DNA from: Squalus acanthias
Taxonomy: Eukaryota
NCBI GenBank assembly: GCA_030390025.1
Contig: CM059432.1
Span: 121,398,001 to 121,462,000, forward strand
Direction: 5' to 3'
Length of the DNA stretch: 64,000 nt
In this document: piece after piece, positions 12,560 through 25,240 of the stretch
Layout of the letters: each line of letters opens with the position of its first letter
How positions within the stretch are numbered: position 1 is the first letter of the stretch
Program-made: the position numbers and the translations under genes
Notes under the pieces: generated by a model
What the model was told of the DNA's origin: nothing
The model's database searches: none
The model's input: the letters and a program-made list of their open reading frames with translations, nothing else

Positions 12560-12830
12560 CAACAATGGCTTCTCCTCCCATGTCACCTCAGGTGTTGCCC
12601 CAAGAACCCATCCTCAGCCCTCTCCTAGTCCTCATATACATGCTGCATCTCAACATGACCCATAAGCTGGATGTATGCCAATGACATCCAGCTTTAGCTT
12701 GACTGTCACCCTCAAATGCATGACAGTTGTATCCTATTTGACATGAAGTCATGGATCAGCTAAAACTTTTTCCAGTTAAACACTGAAATCACTGAAGCCA
12801 TGCTGTTCAACTCTCGCTGGGAATTCCACG
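12560..12830 (+). mobile_element. Old L2 RT fragment
   Basis: GGTGTTGCCCCAAGAACCCATCCTCAGCCC (GVPQGSILGP-like) and TATGCCAATGACATCCAGCTTTA (YADDTQLY-like). Confidence 0.55.
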
Positions 12831-13269
12831 TACTTCCCCAACTCCCGTAAACAGTGTTTCCGCAGCATTTCCGATGAAGTTACGGTGGCAAAGCAGGAGC
12901 ATCTCTGAGGAAATTCCCAGCCTATGTTTCAATGTTGCCTTCGGTCACCTCCATTAGCCTACCATTTACGAGAATCCTTCATTCTCCATTGTGTGAAGCG
13001 CTGTGGGATGTTTATGATGTTAAAGGCACTGTATGAGAGTTATTTTGCCAAAGAGTGAAAACAGGCACTAAATGGGTGCTGTGCTAATAAGAAACACCTG
13101 TTTGAAAGTCCGGATTTAGCACGCAATTTTCGGGCTAATTGATGATTATCATGATTTGAACGTGTCTGCAGGCGCTGAAACTGACAACTGCAGGTTTGGC
13201 ACTCAAGCGCTGATTAGGTGCAGTTTTCCTGGATCTGTGTATGTGGGCTCCATGCACCCACTTCCACTG

Positions 13270-14170
13270 AAGGTGTGGAGTGCACTGGCTGGGAGAGAAG
13301 CCAACGTGGAAGGATGTCTCAGGGCCCAGGTTCTCCGACACGGCATTGGAGGTCCTGGTAGAGGAGGTACAAAGGAGGAGGGATGTCTTCCAGCCGCAGG
13401 AGGGAAGGAGGCCACAGAGGCAGCTGATGCTCCACATGTGGGACGAGATCGCCCAGGAGGTCACAGCCAGGAATCCTGGCCCCAGGACATGGCTCCAGTG
13501 CCGCAAGAAATGTAACAACTTGACACGAGTGGTCAAGGTACGATCCCATCTCACATAAACACTTCTCAATAACTGCACCACCACCAGCATCACAACCTCA
13601 ACACACTGCATCCACCATCTAACTCCATGCTGACATTCACACACCACACACTACTGCATCCTTCACAGGCACTATTCACACCTCAGACACCTCCCTCACC
13701 TCTTCAACCATGTGAGGCCTCACACACGCTCACAAACACACCTGCCAATACACTCATTCACAATCACTGCTCTTTCTCTTCCAGGACAAGATAGCACATA
13801 ACAGGCGGCAGCAAGACCTGGCCGGGGGAGGGCAAGCACGCCTGCATGACATCACTCCCCTTGAGGAGACAGTGCTGGCCGTGATCGGGTGGGGAGTGGG
13901 AGACGCCATGGCCAGAGGCAAAGCAGGGAGCATATCTCCTAGAGATATGTGGCCACTCCAGCTTCCGTACAGATGCACAACTATTCCTGATCCCTAATCT
14001 CCCAAAGCTATCCTAACTCCCAAGCTCCATATGGTCTCGTCACACGCATCCTCCTAGAGTGGCCACATGCGCAGCACCCTAACCCTTCCAGCTTTATCAT
14101 TGCAGGCTCCCAGGAGCAAGATCCACCTTGCCCCTCCTGGAGCAAGTGCAAGATGAGCAACAGTATTCGT
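13270..14170 (+). pseudogene. Harbinger Myb/SANT-like DNA-binding gene remnant (exon to 13537, next exon from 13785)
   Basis: PRFSDTALEVLVEEV...WDEIAQEV...RTWLQCRKKCNNL, donor AAG|GTAC, acceptor TTTCTCTTCCAG|, then DKIAHNRRQQDLAGGG. Confidence 0.8.
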
Positions 14171-14824
14171 TGCTGATACTGAAACCAGAGTAATACAGAT
14201 TTACAAAATCAAATTTTCATTCACTGTCTCCATTTGATTTTGGACCAAAAGGTAGCCAGGAGACGAGCTGAAGGAAACTAATTTGTAATTTGTTCAAAAG
14301 GTGGTAGTATTTATTTATTCCTTGAACAAGCTTTGTGCGGGCACAAATGAGCACTCAAAAGAATATTCATCCTAAAGTCATGAAGAAGAAATGACATTTC
14401 TTAACATGCAGAAACATTTCACATGAGGCGTGAAAAAAATAGCAAGAGAAATCAGAAAGAAATTACTCGGTAAATTATCTGTATAATAATCACCAGCCCT
14501 AAGTGGCAGTGAGTGCAGATCCAATCTACCCACTGAGAATGTCAAATACGGAGAACCAGCATTTCAATAACAGGACCATATTACTCGAGAAATGCTTATT
14601 ATTCAGCAAAGCTGCTATGATGACTTCCAGTGGGGTGTTAGCAGCTATTCCAATAAACCGTGTTCAAATATATTGTTGTTTAAATCAAATAAGACCCCTA
14701 AGATACGGCAAAAGAAATTGTTTTGCAGTCCAGGAGAGAGAGCGTGCAGCTCTGTATAGAAATATTAATTCCAACACAAAGTAGTTTGTGATAACAACAT
14801 CTTCAACTTATATGGGGAGGGGGG

Positions 14825-15600
14825 GAGTCATTTGATAGAGTTGTTTAAAATTATGAAGGGATGGAACAGAGTAGACTGTTTCCAGTGGTTGAGGTGTTTA
14901 GAATGAGGGGGAAAAGATTTTGATCGGAGAGCAGGGGAAACTTTTTTTACACAGAGGTTTATGAGGTTGTGGAATGAACAACGAGAGTTAGTGCTTGAAG
15001 AAGAGACCATGTCAACTTAAGGGGTACAGTAGCTTGGTGGTTATGTTACTGGACTAGTAATCTAGTTCAAATCCCACCACGGCAGCTGGGGGGATTTAAA
15101 TTCAGTTAATTAAATAAATTTGGAATTTAAAAAAAGCTAGACCATGAAACTATCGGATTGTCGGAAAAACCCAACTGGCTCACTAATGTCCTTTAGGGAA
15201 GGAAATCTGCTGTCCTTACCCGGTCTGGCCTATATGTGACTCCCGACCCACAGCAATGTGGTTGACTCTTAACTGTCCTCTGAAATTGCCCAGCAAGACA
15301 CTCAGTTGTACGACAAAGTCAGCACTGTGGAACTACCTTCACCACACGGACTGCAATGGTTCAAGAAGGCGGCTCACCACCACCTTCTCAAGGGCAATTA
15401 GGGATGGAAAATAAATGCCAGCGATGCCCACATCCCATGAATGAATAAATAAAAAAAAACTTAAGTGGTTGTAGGAAAGGGGTTTATAGGAATATGGGAA
15501 CACGTGGGCAAATGTGTTTTTGACTACTGCTTGTGTGGAGGATAAACACCAACATGACCTAATTGGGTCAAATGGCTTCTTTCCATGTTATAATTCCAAT
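14825..15600 (+). mobile_element. Old CR1 3' fragment split by a SINE
   Basis: TTGATAGAGTTGTTTAAAATTATGAAGGG...TTTACACAGAGG...TGGAAT; continues after 15465. Confidence 0.7.
15022..15457 (+). mobile_element. tRNA-derived SINE (second family) with LINE-derived 3' tail
   Basis: B-box-like GTTCAAATCC, A-rich end, 8 bp TSD AACTTAAG (15014-15021 / 15458-15465); last ~135 bp match the 3' end of the LINE at 15987-16128. Confidence 0.9.
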
Positions 15601-15986
15601 GTACCATGTTTTATTGTTAAAATTCAGTTTTTCTTAAAAAGAAAATCAAATTTAAAACATTTGCTGACCTCTGTTTTTGCATGAATTTAACAGCTCCCCT
15701 TCTCTTTCAAAAGGTACAAAATAAAGGTGCATGTATGAATAGATAATTAAATACAATGCACTAGTCCATAGTTTAAATTCTACATGTAAGCTTTTGTGAA
15801 CTTTGAAAAGCTGGGGCTAAAAAATCGACATTCTAAAAACCTGCCGGTGCCACCGCGGGCCGAAGTTAACAGCTGCTGAAATTGGTGGACGTAAGGTAGT
15901 GCTTCTTGGTATTGGACCATTTATATGGAAATTATATCAAGTATAAATATTTAAGCTGTCATGTAACGTTAGTTCAACAGCAATGT

Positions 15987-17945
15987 TTTTTTTATTCATT
16001 TATGAGATGTGGGCATTACTGGCAAGGCCAGCATTTATTGCCCATCCCTAACTGCCCTTGAGAAGGTGATGGTGAGCCGCCTTCTTGAACCGCTGCAGTC
16101 CGTGTGGTGAAGATACTCCCACAGTGCTGTTAGGTAGGGAGTTCCAGGATTTTGACCCAGCGACGATGAAGGATCGGCGATATAGTTCTAAGTCAGGATG
16201 GTGTGTGACTTGGAGGGGAACTTGGAGGTGGTGGTGTTCCCATGCGCCTGCTGCCCTTGTCCTTCTAGGTGGTAGAGGTCGTGGGTTTCGGAGGTGCTGC
16301 CGAAGAAGCCTTGGCGAGTTACTGCAGTGCATCTTGTAGATGGTACACACTGGAGCCACGGTACACCAGTGGTGGAGGGAGTGAATGTTTAAGGTGTTGG
16401 ACGGGGTGCCAATCAAGCAGCTGCTTTGTCCTGGATGGTGTCGAGCTTCTTGAGTGTTGTTGGAGCTGCACTCATCCAGGCAAGTGAAGAGTATTCCATC
16501 ACACTCTTACTTGTGCCTTGTAGATGGTGTAAAGGCTTTGGGGAGTCAGGAGGTGAGACACTCACCGCAGAATACCTAGCCTCTGACCTGCTCTTGTCAC
16601 AGTATTTATGTGGCTGGTCCAGTTAAGTTTCTGGTCAATGGTGACCCCCAGGATGTTGATGGTGGGGGATTCGGCGATGGTAATGCCGTTGAATGTCAAA
16701 GGGCGGTGGAGATAGTCATTGCTTGGCACTTCTGTGGCGCGTATGTTACCTGCCACTTATCAGCCCAAGCCTAAACGTCGTCCAGGTCTTGTTGCATGCG
16801 GGCATGGACTGCTTCATTATCTGAGGAGATGTGAATGGCGCTGAACACTGTGCAATCATCAGCGAACATCCCCATTTCTGACCTTATGTTGGAGGGAAGG
16901 TCATTGATGAAGCAGCTGAAGATGGTTAGACCTAGGACACTGTCCTGAGGATCTCCTGCAGCGATGTCCTGGGGCTGTGATGATTGACTTTCAACCACCA
17001 CAACCATCTTCCTTTGCGCTAGGTATGACTCCAGCCAGTGGAGAGTTTTCCCCCCCGATTTCCATTGACTTCAGTTTTACTATGGCTCCTTGATGCCACA
17101 CTCGGTCAAATGCCGCCTTGATGTCAAGGGAAGTCACTCTCACCTCACCTCTGGAATTCAGCTCCTTTGTCCATGTTTGGACCAAGGCTGTAATGAGGTC
17201 TGGAGCCGAGTGGTCCTGGCGGAACCCAAACTGGGCATCAGTGAGCAGGTTATTGGTGAGTACGTGCTGCTTGATAGCACTGTCGACGACACCTTCCATC
17301 ACTTTGCTGATGATCGAGAGTAGACTGATTGGGCGCTAAGGATATACTTGCATTAGAGGCAGTTCAGAGACGATTCACTAGGTTAATTCCAGAGATGAGG
17401 GGTTTGACTTATGAGGAAAGGTTGAGCAGGCTGGGCCTATACTCATTGGAATTTAGAAGAATGAGAGGTGATCTTATCGAAACATATAAGATACTGAGGG
17501 GGCTCGACAGGGTAGATGCAGAGAGGATGTTTCCCCTCATGGGGAAATCTAGAACTCGGGGGCACAGTCTCAGAATAAAAGGTCGCCCTTTCAGAACTGA
17601 GATGAGGCGGAACTTCTTCTCTCAGAGGGTTGTAAATTTGTGGAATTCACTGCCCCAGAGAGCTGTGGAGGCTGGGTCATTAAATACATTTAAAGTGGAG
17701 ATAGACACATTTTTGCAAGATAAGGGAGTGAAGGGTTATGGGGAGCGGGCTGGGAAGTGGCTTTGAGCCCTAGATCAGCCATAATCTTATTGAATGGCGG
17801 ACCAGGCTCGAGGGGCCAAGTGGCCTATTCCTGCTCCTATTTCTTATGTTCTTAATTGGCCGGATGGATTTGTCTTGCTTTTTGTGGACAGGACATACCT
17901 GGGCAGTTTTCCACATTGTTGGATAGATGCCAGTGTTGTAGCTGT
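15987..17945 (-). mobile_element. 5'-truncated non-LTR retrotransposon (not classical CR1; clade unresolved), RT to 3' end, split by a CR1 fragment
   Basis: QFGFRQDHS, LDIKAAFDRVWH, PQDSVLG, MFADDCT across several frames; poly(A) end at ~15987; resumes at ~17853. Confidence 0.88.
17336..17852 (+). mobile_element. CR1 3' fragment
   Basis: LEAVQRRFTRLIP...RRNFFSQRVVNLWNSLP, 3'UTR and TTCTTATGTTCT tail. Confidence 0.93.
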
Positions 17946-18004
17946 ACTTTATTACATTTGAAAGCCCCTATCACAGCACCACCTACAAGTGTAACTGGTA
18001 CTGC

Positions 18005-18462
18005 CATGGCACAGTGGGTAGCACCCTCACCTCTGAGTCAGAAGGTTGTGTGTTCAAGCTCCACTCCAGAGACTAAAGGACAAAATCTAGGCTGATACTC
18101 CAGTGCAGTACTGATGGAGTGCTGCACTGTCGGAGGCGTCATGTATCAGATGAGATGTTAAACTGAGGCCCTGTTTGCCCTCTCAGGTGAATGTAAAAGA
18201 TCCCATGGCACTATTTCAAAGAAGAGCAGGGGAGTTCTCCCTGGAGGCCTTGTGAAATATTTATCTCTCAACCAACATCACTAAACAGACTATCAGTCAT
18301 TATCACATTGCTGTTTGTGGGAGCTTGCTGTTTGGAAATTGGCCGCTATATTCCTTACATTACAACAGTGACTACACTTCAAAAGTACTTCATTGACGGT
18401 AAAGCGCTTTGGGACATCCTGAGATCATGAAAGGCGCTATATAAATGTAAATCTTTCTTGCT
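18005..18462 (+). mobile_element. Full-length Deu-domain SINE (SacSINE1-like)
   Basis: TGGCACAGTGG A-box-like, GTTCAAG B-box-like, Deu core, L2-type tail. Confidence 0.92.
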
Positions 18463-19579
18463 TTTGCATCTAAGTGTTGACATTTTTAACTTTATTTTTC
18501 CCATTGACAAAACCTGACATAGGTTTCAATGCATTTGGAAATGGAATGTTGCGACCCCTGAATTGATTTTTTAACTTTACTCACAATGAACCAGAGGTTT
18601 ATATTGATATTCACTGGTGTCTTGGGAAACTAAAAAGGCCTAACCACCAGCAGAGGAAGAGTTTAGAAAGAACACAAGTGCATTGCTGAGTTTGGTACAA
18701 TGCGATTTTGAAACCAAGAAAATGTTAAAGTGGCAGTAGATGAAGCAATTGTGCATTATTCTGTAGCTTGAAACAGAGAACTGAGTGTATTTTCTTTTTG
18801 CTAAATTGAATTAGCCTCTCCGTTAAATATGATTGTTTCTCAGGGATTTGTTGGTAAATTATCACTGTGTTATATTTGTCCGAAGACTGGCATAGCACGA
18901 TTATCTGTTAATTTTTTCTTTTCAATTAAATTTTCTCAGTCAGGTGTTTGACTAAGTTGGCAGGTTGCCAGACAATGGTATTTTTTGTATTCTAGCCTTT
19001 CTTAAATAGCATAGGTAATAATCTATACTTTTCTGAATATTTATTTTGAATGTTATTTTTGCTGATGTACAAAGCTATTGCTCTTACTCATGTCAGCTGA
19101 TAGGCTGGCTGACAAACCTGGACAGTTTATTGTACATCCCCTAATCCAATCTTCCTATTATTGAAAGCGTGTAAGATCTTTACAACTTTTGTCTTTCTTG
19201 GTGTGATTCTGCAAAACAGATGGCACGAGTCAGCCAGAACAGCCAGAGTCACAGAAAATAAGCTCATAGGAAGAGCAACAATTGACCATCAGGCCTATCA
19301 ATTCTCACCCTGTCTATCAGGCAGTGCAACCTCACACACCATTCTCCCCAGTTGCTGGTAATGCTAACTATTGGGGGAGGCAAAGAGATAGAGAGGAGAA
19401 AAACAATCTGTTAGCAATTACAGGAAAGAACGCTCGAGAAATTCTTCCCTGAGTCCCCAAGCCAATCAAACAAGTTCCATGGTGACCCATGAACACATCA
19501 GTAGAAATACGTAACTAACTCTTCCCTCCCTCACCCAGTCCCAATATGTCCAAAGGCCCCTTAAGGATATAAAAACATA

Positions 19580-19730
19580 GGGGTAGAATTTCCAAGGGGT
19601 TCCTCCCAATCATCCGCTGTAACTTCAGTGCAAGATCCATAAATACCCAGAAGAACAGGGGTAAGCAGCAGTCACACCATTTCTCTGGGGTCAAAGTTAC
19701 GGTGGTCAATTGGGAGAACCCCTGTGGATA
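19580..19730. mobile_element. Small palindromic MITE-like element
   Basis: GGGGTTCCTCCCAAT...CGCTGTAACTT pairs imperfectly with AAGTTACGGTG...ATTGGGAGAACCCC; related pieces near 12815-12925 and 38550-38700. Confidence 0.55.
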
Positions 19731-22435
19731 TTAATGGCAATAGGACTGTACATGACCAGAGAAAACCACTTTTATTCATCGGGCCATTCCCAAAGGGCAC
19801 AGACCTCATACCCTATAATGAAAAGGCAATTAGGTGTGACTGTTTCCCCAGGCAAAGTTTAGTCCAGCTCTTCTGTCTTCAAATTGGAAAACATAAGCCC
19901 AGTGAGATGGAATGGAAATAGAATGCCAGGAAGAAAAATATAGAGAAATCGTGATATGTTAATTGAACATAATAGCATATGGCACAACAAAAGGTCATTA
20001 AATCCACTGAACCAGTTTCTTCCGACAGGCCCTGTGTAATTTGAACTAACTTTCGGCTTCCTGAGAGTCATCAATTCCTACAGGCATAACTACCGTAACA
20101 ATACAATTCGATGAAAATTCTTACTGATTCCTGTGAATAATTGAATGAAGGGGATCCATCTAACATCTAGGAGATCAAGCTAACATTCTGGACCATATAT
20201 TAGTTCAATATTACCAGTTTGCATTTCACAGATGACATTCCCATGTATCTAACAGGACTGGAAGCTCATTGTTCCATGTATTATTTGAATATCTATGTTT
20301 TTACTTATCATTCTAATCTTCACTAATTGCACCATGTACCTAATTTGTGAAAATGCTGCAGAGAATGAGCCATAAAATTTTCATTATTACTTCAACCATT
20401 ACATAAGACTCATAACGGGGGCGGGGGAGGTAGGGGAGTAACCAGGTAGTGTAAAAAAACGGTTCCAGATGAAAATCTACCCCACAATTTGAGAATGTGA
20501 ATTTGCTAACGGGTCATTAAACATGTAGGAAAACTCATCCCTTTTTAAGTAAGCAACCGGTTGGTAAACAATCCTCAATTTCACCCCTGAGGTGGCATGC
20601 TATAGTGAAAAGAGACTGTGTAAGGTTGAGTATAATACTGACCAGTTATTTATCTGCAGTTTTGTTGGGCTAGATTCAGATTTATCTAACATGGCAGATT
20701 TTTCTGTTGTACCAAAAATCTGAGCACAAAATGGAAAAAAAATGAATAATTTAGGGGAGCCATAATTTAAAATGATAGCAATTTCTGTCATTTAAACCGG
20801 GGTTTTCCAATGAAAGGCCAGAACATTCTAACTCAGATTAATCTCCGTCTCTGACCAGAGGCCAATCATCTAATACTTACTTATGGAATGTGAGCCCTTG
20901 CCAAACATTGGCACATCATTGGGTAGAATTTTAGCATTTTAAGCCATGGTATTGCAAAGTAATCTTTTAGTTCGAGTCTGTAGAGTGACAGCTAAGATAC
21001 ACATCAGTCCCTGTCAGTTTGCTACCTTCCTGAATAGAAGTTCATAATGATGATGTAGTCTTGCATGTGATCATATTTCAGAAAAGATCACATACGGGAT
21101 CAACAGATGCAGTAACCAAAAATCTCCTCATCACCCATTTTACTTTGCTTATACATAACGCTGTGTCTTGTTTTCTTAGCTTGCATGAAATATTACACTG
21201 GAAAAAAAATGTAACATATACGTAGCAGATTCAGAATAATCTGTCAGCTTGGCATCAGTCAGCACCTTTACTTTCCCTTATCACTCATCTTTATCATTGT
21301 TTCTTTCAATTGTCTGTTACATTCCTGTTTTTCAATATATAATGAGAGTTTTATGACATGGCATCAAGTCTCTTGTGCTGCGTGTTCCAGTGCTGATTAC
21401 CACAGGAGCAGAATATTGTACCAAATAAGCTACAATCAATGGGCAATATATTCAGCGATTAAAAATTAACTTATGGGGGACATGAAGGGAAAAAAATGGA
21501 TCCGATTTTGGTAACGGTATAGCCTCTAATCTTTGTACATCATAATCAGAATTAATACAGTTACAAACTGAGCCACTGACAATTTCTATTTAGAGCAGTA
21601 AAGCTGTTGATCCCAGTACACCCCCTTCTGCTTCACCACCTTCATGATAGCTGCTGACAATCATTATCACCCTCTGGCACCAGTGTCTGATCAAAGTCTG
21701 AGCTGTGAGTATTTGCAACAGAAATGCCAGACCTTATTAGATTGACTAAATGTACCATATATACTGTAGTCGACACTCTCATCCATTCTCCACTGCAACA
21801 CGGCTAAAGAAAAATATGAAGCAAAAATAACTGTTTTCTATCATACACATAAGGGAAGCCATTGGCTTATGATCCAGGTAAATGACATTGCCACAAAACT
21901 GAAAAAAGAGAAAAGCTAACTTGACAGCAATGTGAACACTAACTTATGTCTAAGGTGAAACAAGATCAGAGTGAATCACTGGTCTTGTTTGTAACCTACA
22001 ATGAATCATAGCCTATGGATTAGAAATAACTTATGTTCATTATCTGGCCACTTGTTGTCATCAACATATTTTAAACATCAGATGAAGTATCCTCCTCAAA
22101 CCTATTATCAAGAGTAGATCCAGAATATAATCAGACGGAGACTTGCTCCCAACTAAAGCTTTCGGCACTTATTTTCACTTTCTGCTTGCAATTGCTAAGG
22201 CAGTTTTTAGTTCAATTAGCTAATTGCTCATTAAATCCATGAATAGCATTTTATTTTTATGCCTCATCTATGGAACTTCATCAAATGCTTTTTGAAAATC
22301 TAATAGTATACCCATTGGATTTTGTTTTTCAACGAGTTTAGTTACTTCTCAAAGAATGATGGCCTCTACACTCTTTAAGTAACTTTGACAATATCCTCTA
22401 GAATGTTGTCAAGCAGTACTGAGGTTAGGTTAACT

Positions 22436-22780
22436 GGAGTGCTGCACTGTCGGAGGTGCCATCTTTCAAATGAGATGTTAAACCGAGGCCCCGTCTGCTC
22501 TCTCAGGTGGACGTAAAAGATCCCATGGCACTATTTTGAAAAAGAGCAGGGGAGTTATCCCCGGTGTCCTGGCCAATATTTCTCCCTCAACCAACATAAC
22601 AAAACCAGATTATCTGGTCATTATCACATTGCTGTTTGTGGGAGCTTGCTGTGTGCAAATTGGCTGCTGCGTTTCCCACATTACAAAAGTGACTCCACTT
22701 CAAAAGTACTTAATTGGCTGTCAAGCGCTTTGAGACGTCCGGTGGTCGTGAAAGGCGCTATATAAATGCAAGTCTTCTTC
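22436..22780 (+). mobile_element. 5'-truncated Deu-SINE adjoining an old minus-strand CR1 RT remnant (~22200-22435)
   Basis: Close match to 18115-18462. Confidence 0.9.
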
Positions 22781-24348
22781 TATCAAATATCTATCTTTGA
22801 AGGGCACGAGCAAATGCTTTCTTGCTCTGCTTTTCTCACAACATTTTTCTTAATTAAGAACAAAATATGTACACTGTATTGTTTGTTAATGTTCATATCG
22901 TTTCACTTCCAGCAGTTTGCAGACGTTTTCCACCAATACACTGTAATACTGACTGCTGATACTCTCCAAAGATTGCTCCTCCCCTCCAGCATTCACCACC
23001 AGTGATAGCCTCTGCTTCTTGGAGCCATTCACTAAGGTTCTCAAGTATGTTGAATGTAGAAATTGCATTTACTTCACGACCATCCATTAGTAAAGACATT
23101 TTGGATACAGATAGCATCATGCCGTCAACAAAAACAACCAAACTAATTGGGGCTAAAAATACATGGCTCTTGTGGGGCACTCCCGCCATAAGTCCAGCAG
23201 GTTTGTGTCGAAGGGCCGTGGGGTAGACTGGAAACTATCCGTTTCCACCAGGCTTTATTTGAAGTGGAACTTCCACCTACCCCAAAAAAAGACAGTCGTG
23301 TAAGAAGGGGCGTGGCCAGGGGAGGGGACTCCCAGGTTAGGAGTTTCCTTGTCCCTAGCCTGGCAGAGGAATGATGGGCCGGTGTGCTGAGTGACAGCAG
23401 GTGTTGTGGCCTATCACCTGGAGGAAATGCCGCCCATCTAGGAGGGTCAGGCCTAGATGTTAGCCTGGACCTCTTTAAATTTAACGTTAACATTTTTTTC
23501 AGCTCCCTCACAAAGAGGGCCAATGGGTACACTGGCAGCTTCTCTCTTGTGCGGGGGGAGGGGATGGTCGGAAATTTTCACCTTCCTTTAGTTGGCAGGC
23601 ATCAAAGATGCAACCCTAATGGGGAGGACATCTATCAGTTTTATCTAAATTAGGTGACCTCCTCCTGACCCTGCATACTTTGGCGGAGTCAGTGTCAGAG
23701 GTATCCATGGGCAGATCCTGACGCTTACCCCAGCATTGACGGCCGACAAATGTTCGGAGCCATGGTGTTAGAAGAGTTATACACCTAACTATTTGACATC
23801 AGTCGTGGAGGGTGAATTTACAGAGTGATGGTAGTACTTCATATCAACGGTAAAGAAAATCGGATGGGGTGTAAAGCGGGCTGCCAATCCTTTATCGCCC
23901 GTTTTGTGCTGCCACCCCAAATTGTGTTAAAAAGCGAGCAGATGTCCATAGCGACACTGGACACAGCACTGTTGAATGCAGTGTCATTGATTGCAGAGGC
24001 TTAGGAGCCAATTAAAACAATTAATTCTTTAAAAAAATCTTCAACTGTCAGCTCAGAAGACACCGGCCGTGCTACACCATGGTCGGCCCTCTAGGCCTGC
24101 TGCTGCCAATCCTTCCCCCTGCCCCGCATACGGACTCCCCGCCGGAGGTCAAGGCGCTCACCGAAATTATTCAAATGACCTTGAGGTCGGAAAATTTTCT
24201 TGCTTCAGAGGTGCATATTTCTGTATCCCAATTCCGTAGTTGCGGCATATCTAGCTCAAAACGTTTCCTGGTACTGTCAGTTTCGTGCTCGGGGCAAATC
24301 TGTGTTTTTGCAAGCATCCTAACAGCTTCTAATTGCCTGCATCCAACT

Positions 24349-25240
24349 GGGGATGATTTTAACCCTACCCACCAGCAGAAATCAGGTGGGTGGGAAGGTA
24401 AAATCGCCCAGGTTACTTATCAGCTCAGGAGATGCCGGGAGTTGATCGCTTGATATTTTAACCTGCTCAACTGAGCAGGCGGTAAGGACACCTGTTCGAA
24501 GCCGGCGGGGTCCTTTGTTTTAACATATGCATGTACATGTCAGGATCCAACTGCAATTTTAACTCGTCAGCCTGAGTGGGAGGCCACAACGAGTTTCCCG
24601 CCAGGCCAATCCAACGGGAAAGAGGATCGGTGCCAGAAGAGGCCCAAAAAAGTTCATTTTTAAAACCTTTTTAATACTTTCTTTCTGGGGCCGGGGAGAA
24701 CAGGAGTGCTTCTTCAGGCCCCACAAGGAAAGTTCAGGCCTCCCTTGCCACAGTTTGCCCCCCTAATCCCCAAGCCTATAGCCGCCATATGAACTCAGCA
24801 TGAGAGATCAGTGAGGGGCTGGTGAAGCCAGTGGCAGAATTGCCTTAACTCGCCGACGTGACGCCTGGGCAATTTTAACTTCCGGGCCTCATTACCATAC
24901 TCCAGACTCGACTCCGACCCGAACTTGGCAGGAGAGAAGTGAAGGCCAATGGATGGGAGTGCTGCCATAAGGGACCTGCGGGAACGGTCCTCATAATCAG
25001 GTAAGTGCATTGGGGGGGGGTTGGAGGCAGACATGATTGCAGTTGGGGGAGTGGAAACCCGGGGCTGGAAAAGCCCAAGGTTTCCTTGTGGGGCCTAGAG
25101 GGGCACTCCAGCTCCTCCTGGCACATAAGGATACTCTAAAATATGAAATTAAATAACTTCCTCGGCCCTCTTTTGACCCTGCTCCTGGGTAGTGCCAGAT
25201 TTCCCTGGCAAGGGCAAAACCGGGCGTGAACACGGTCCTT
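24349..25240. mobile_element. Degenerate Harbinger-like non-autonomous sequence
   Basis: Begins GGGGATGATTTTAACC; GC-rich, with GGAGTGCT.../...GCACTCC and CCCACAAGGAAA/TTTCCTTGTGGG inverted segments. Confidence 0.45.

Noticed and set aside
12152..12628. 158 aa proline-rich ORF
   Set aside because: Non-ATG start, overlaps MITE and L2 remnants, no recognisable motif
13280..13558. Host NAIF1/MSANTD-type gene
   Set aside because: Same exon structure as the transposon Myb genes, no clear start codon, degenerate downstream
18005..18075. tRNA gene
   Set aside because: tRNA-like head runs directly into a SINE body; the same holds at 10850, 15022, 32298 and 36385
19859..20074. Possible minus-strand coding exon
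   Set aside because: Weak acceptor and no recognisable protein similarity
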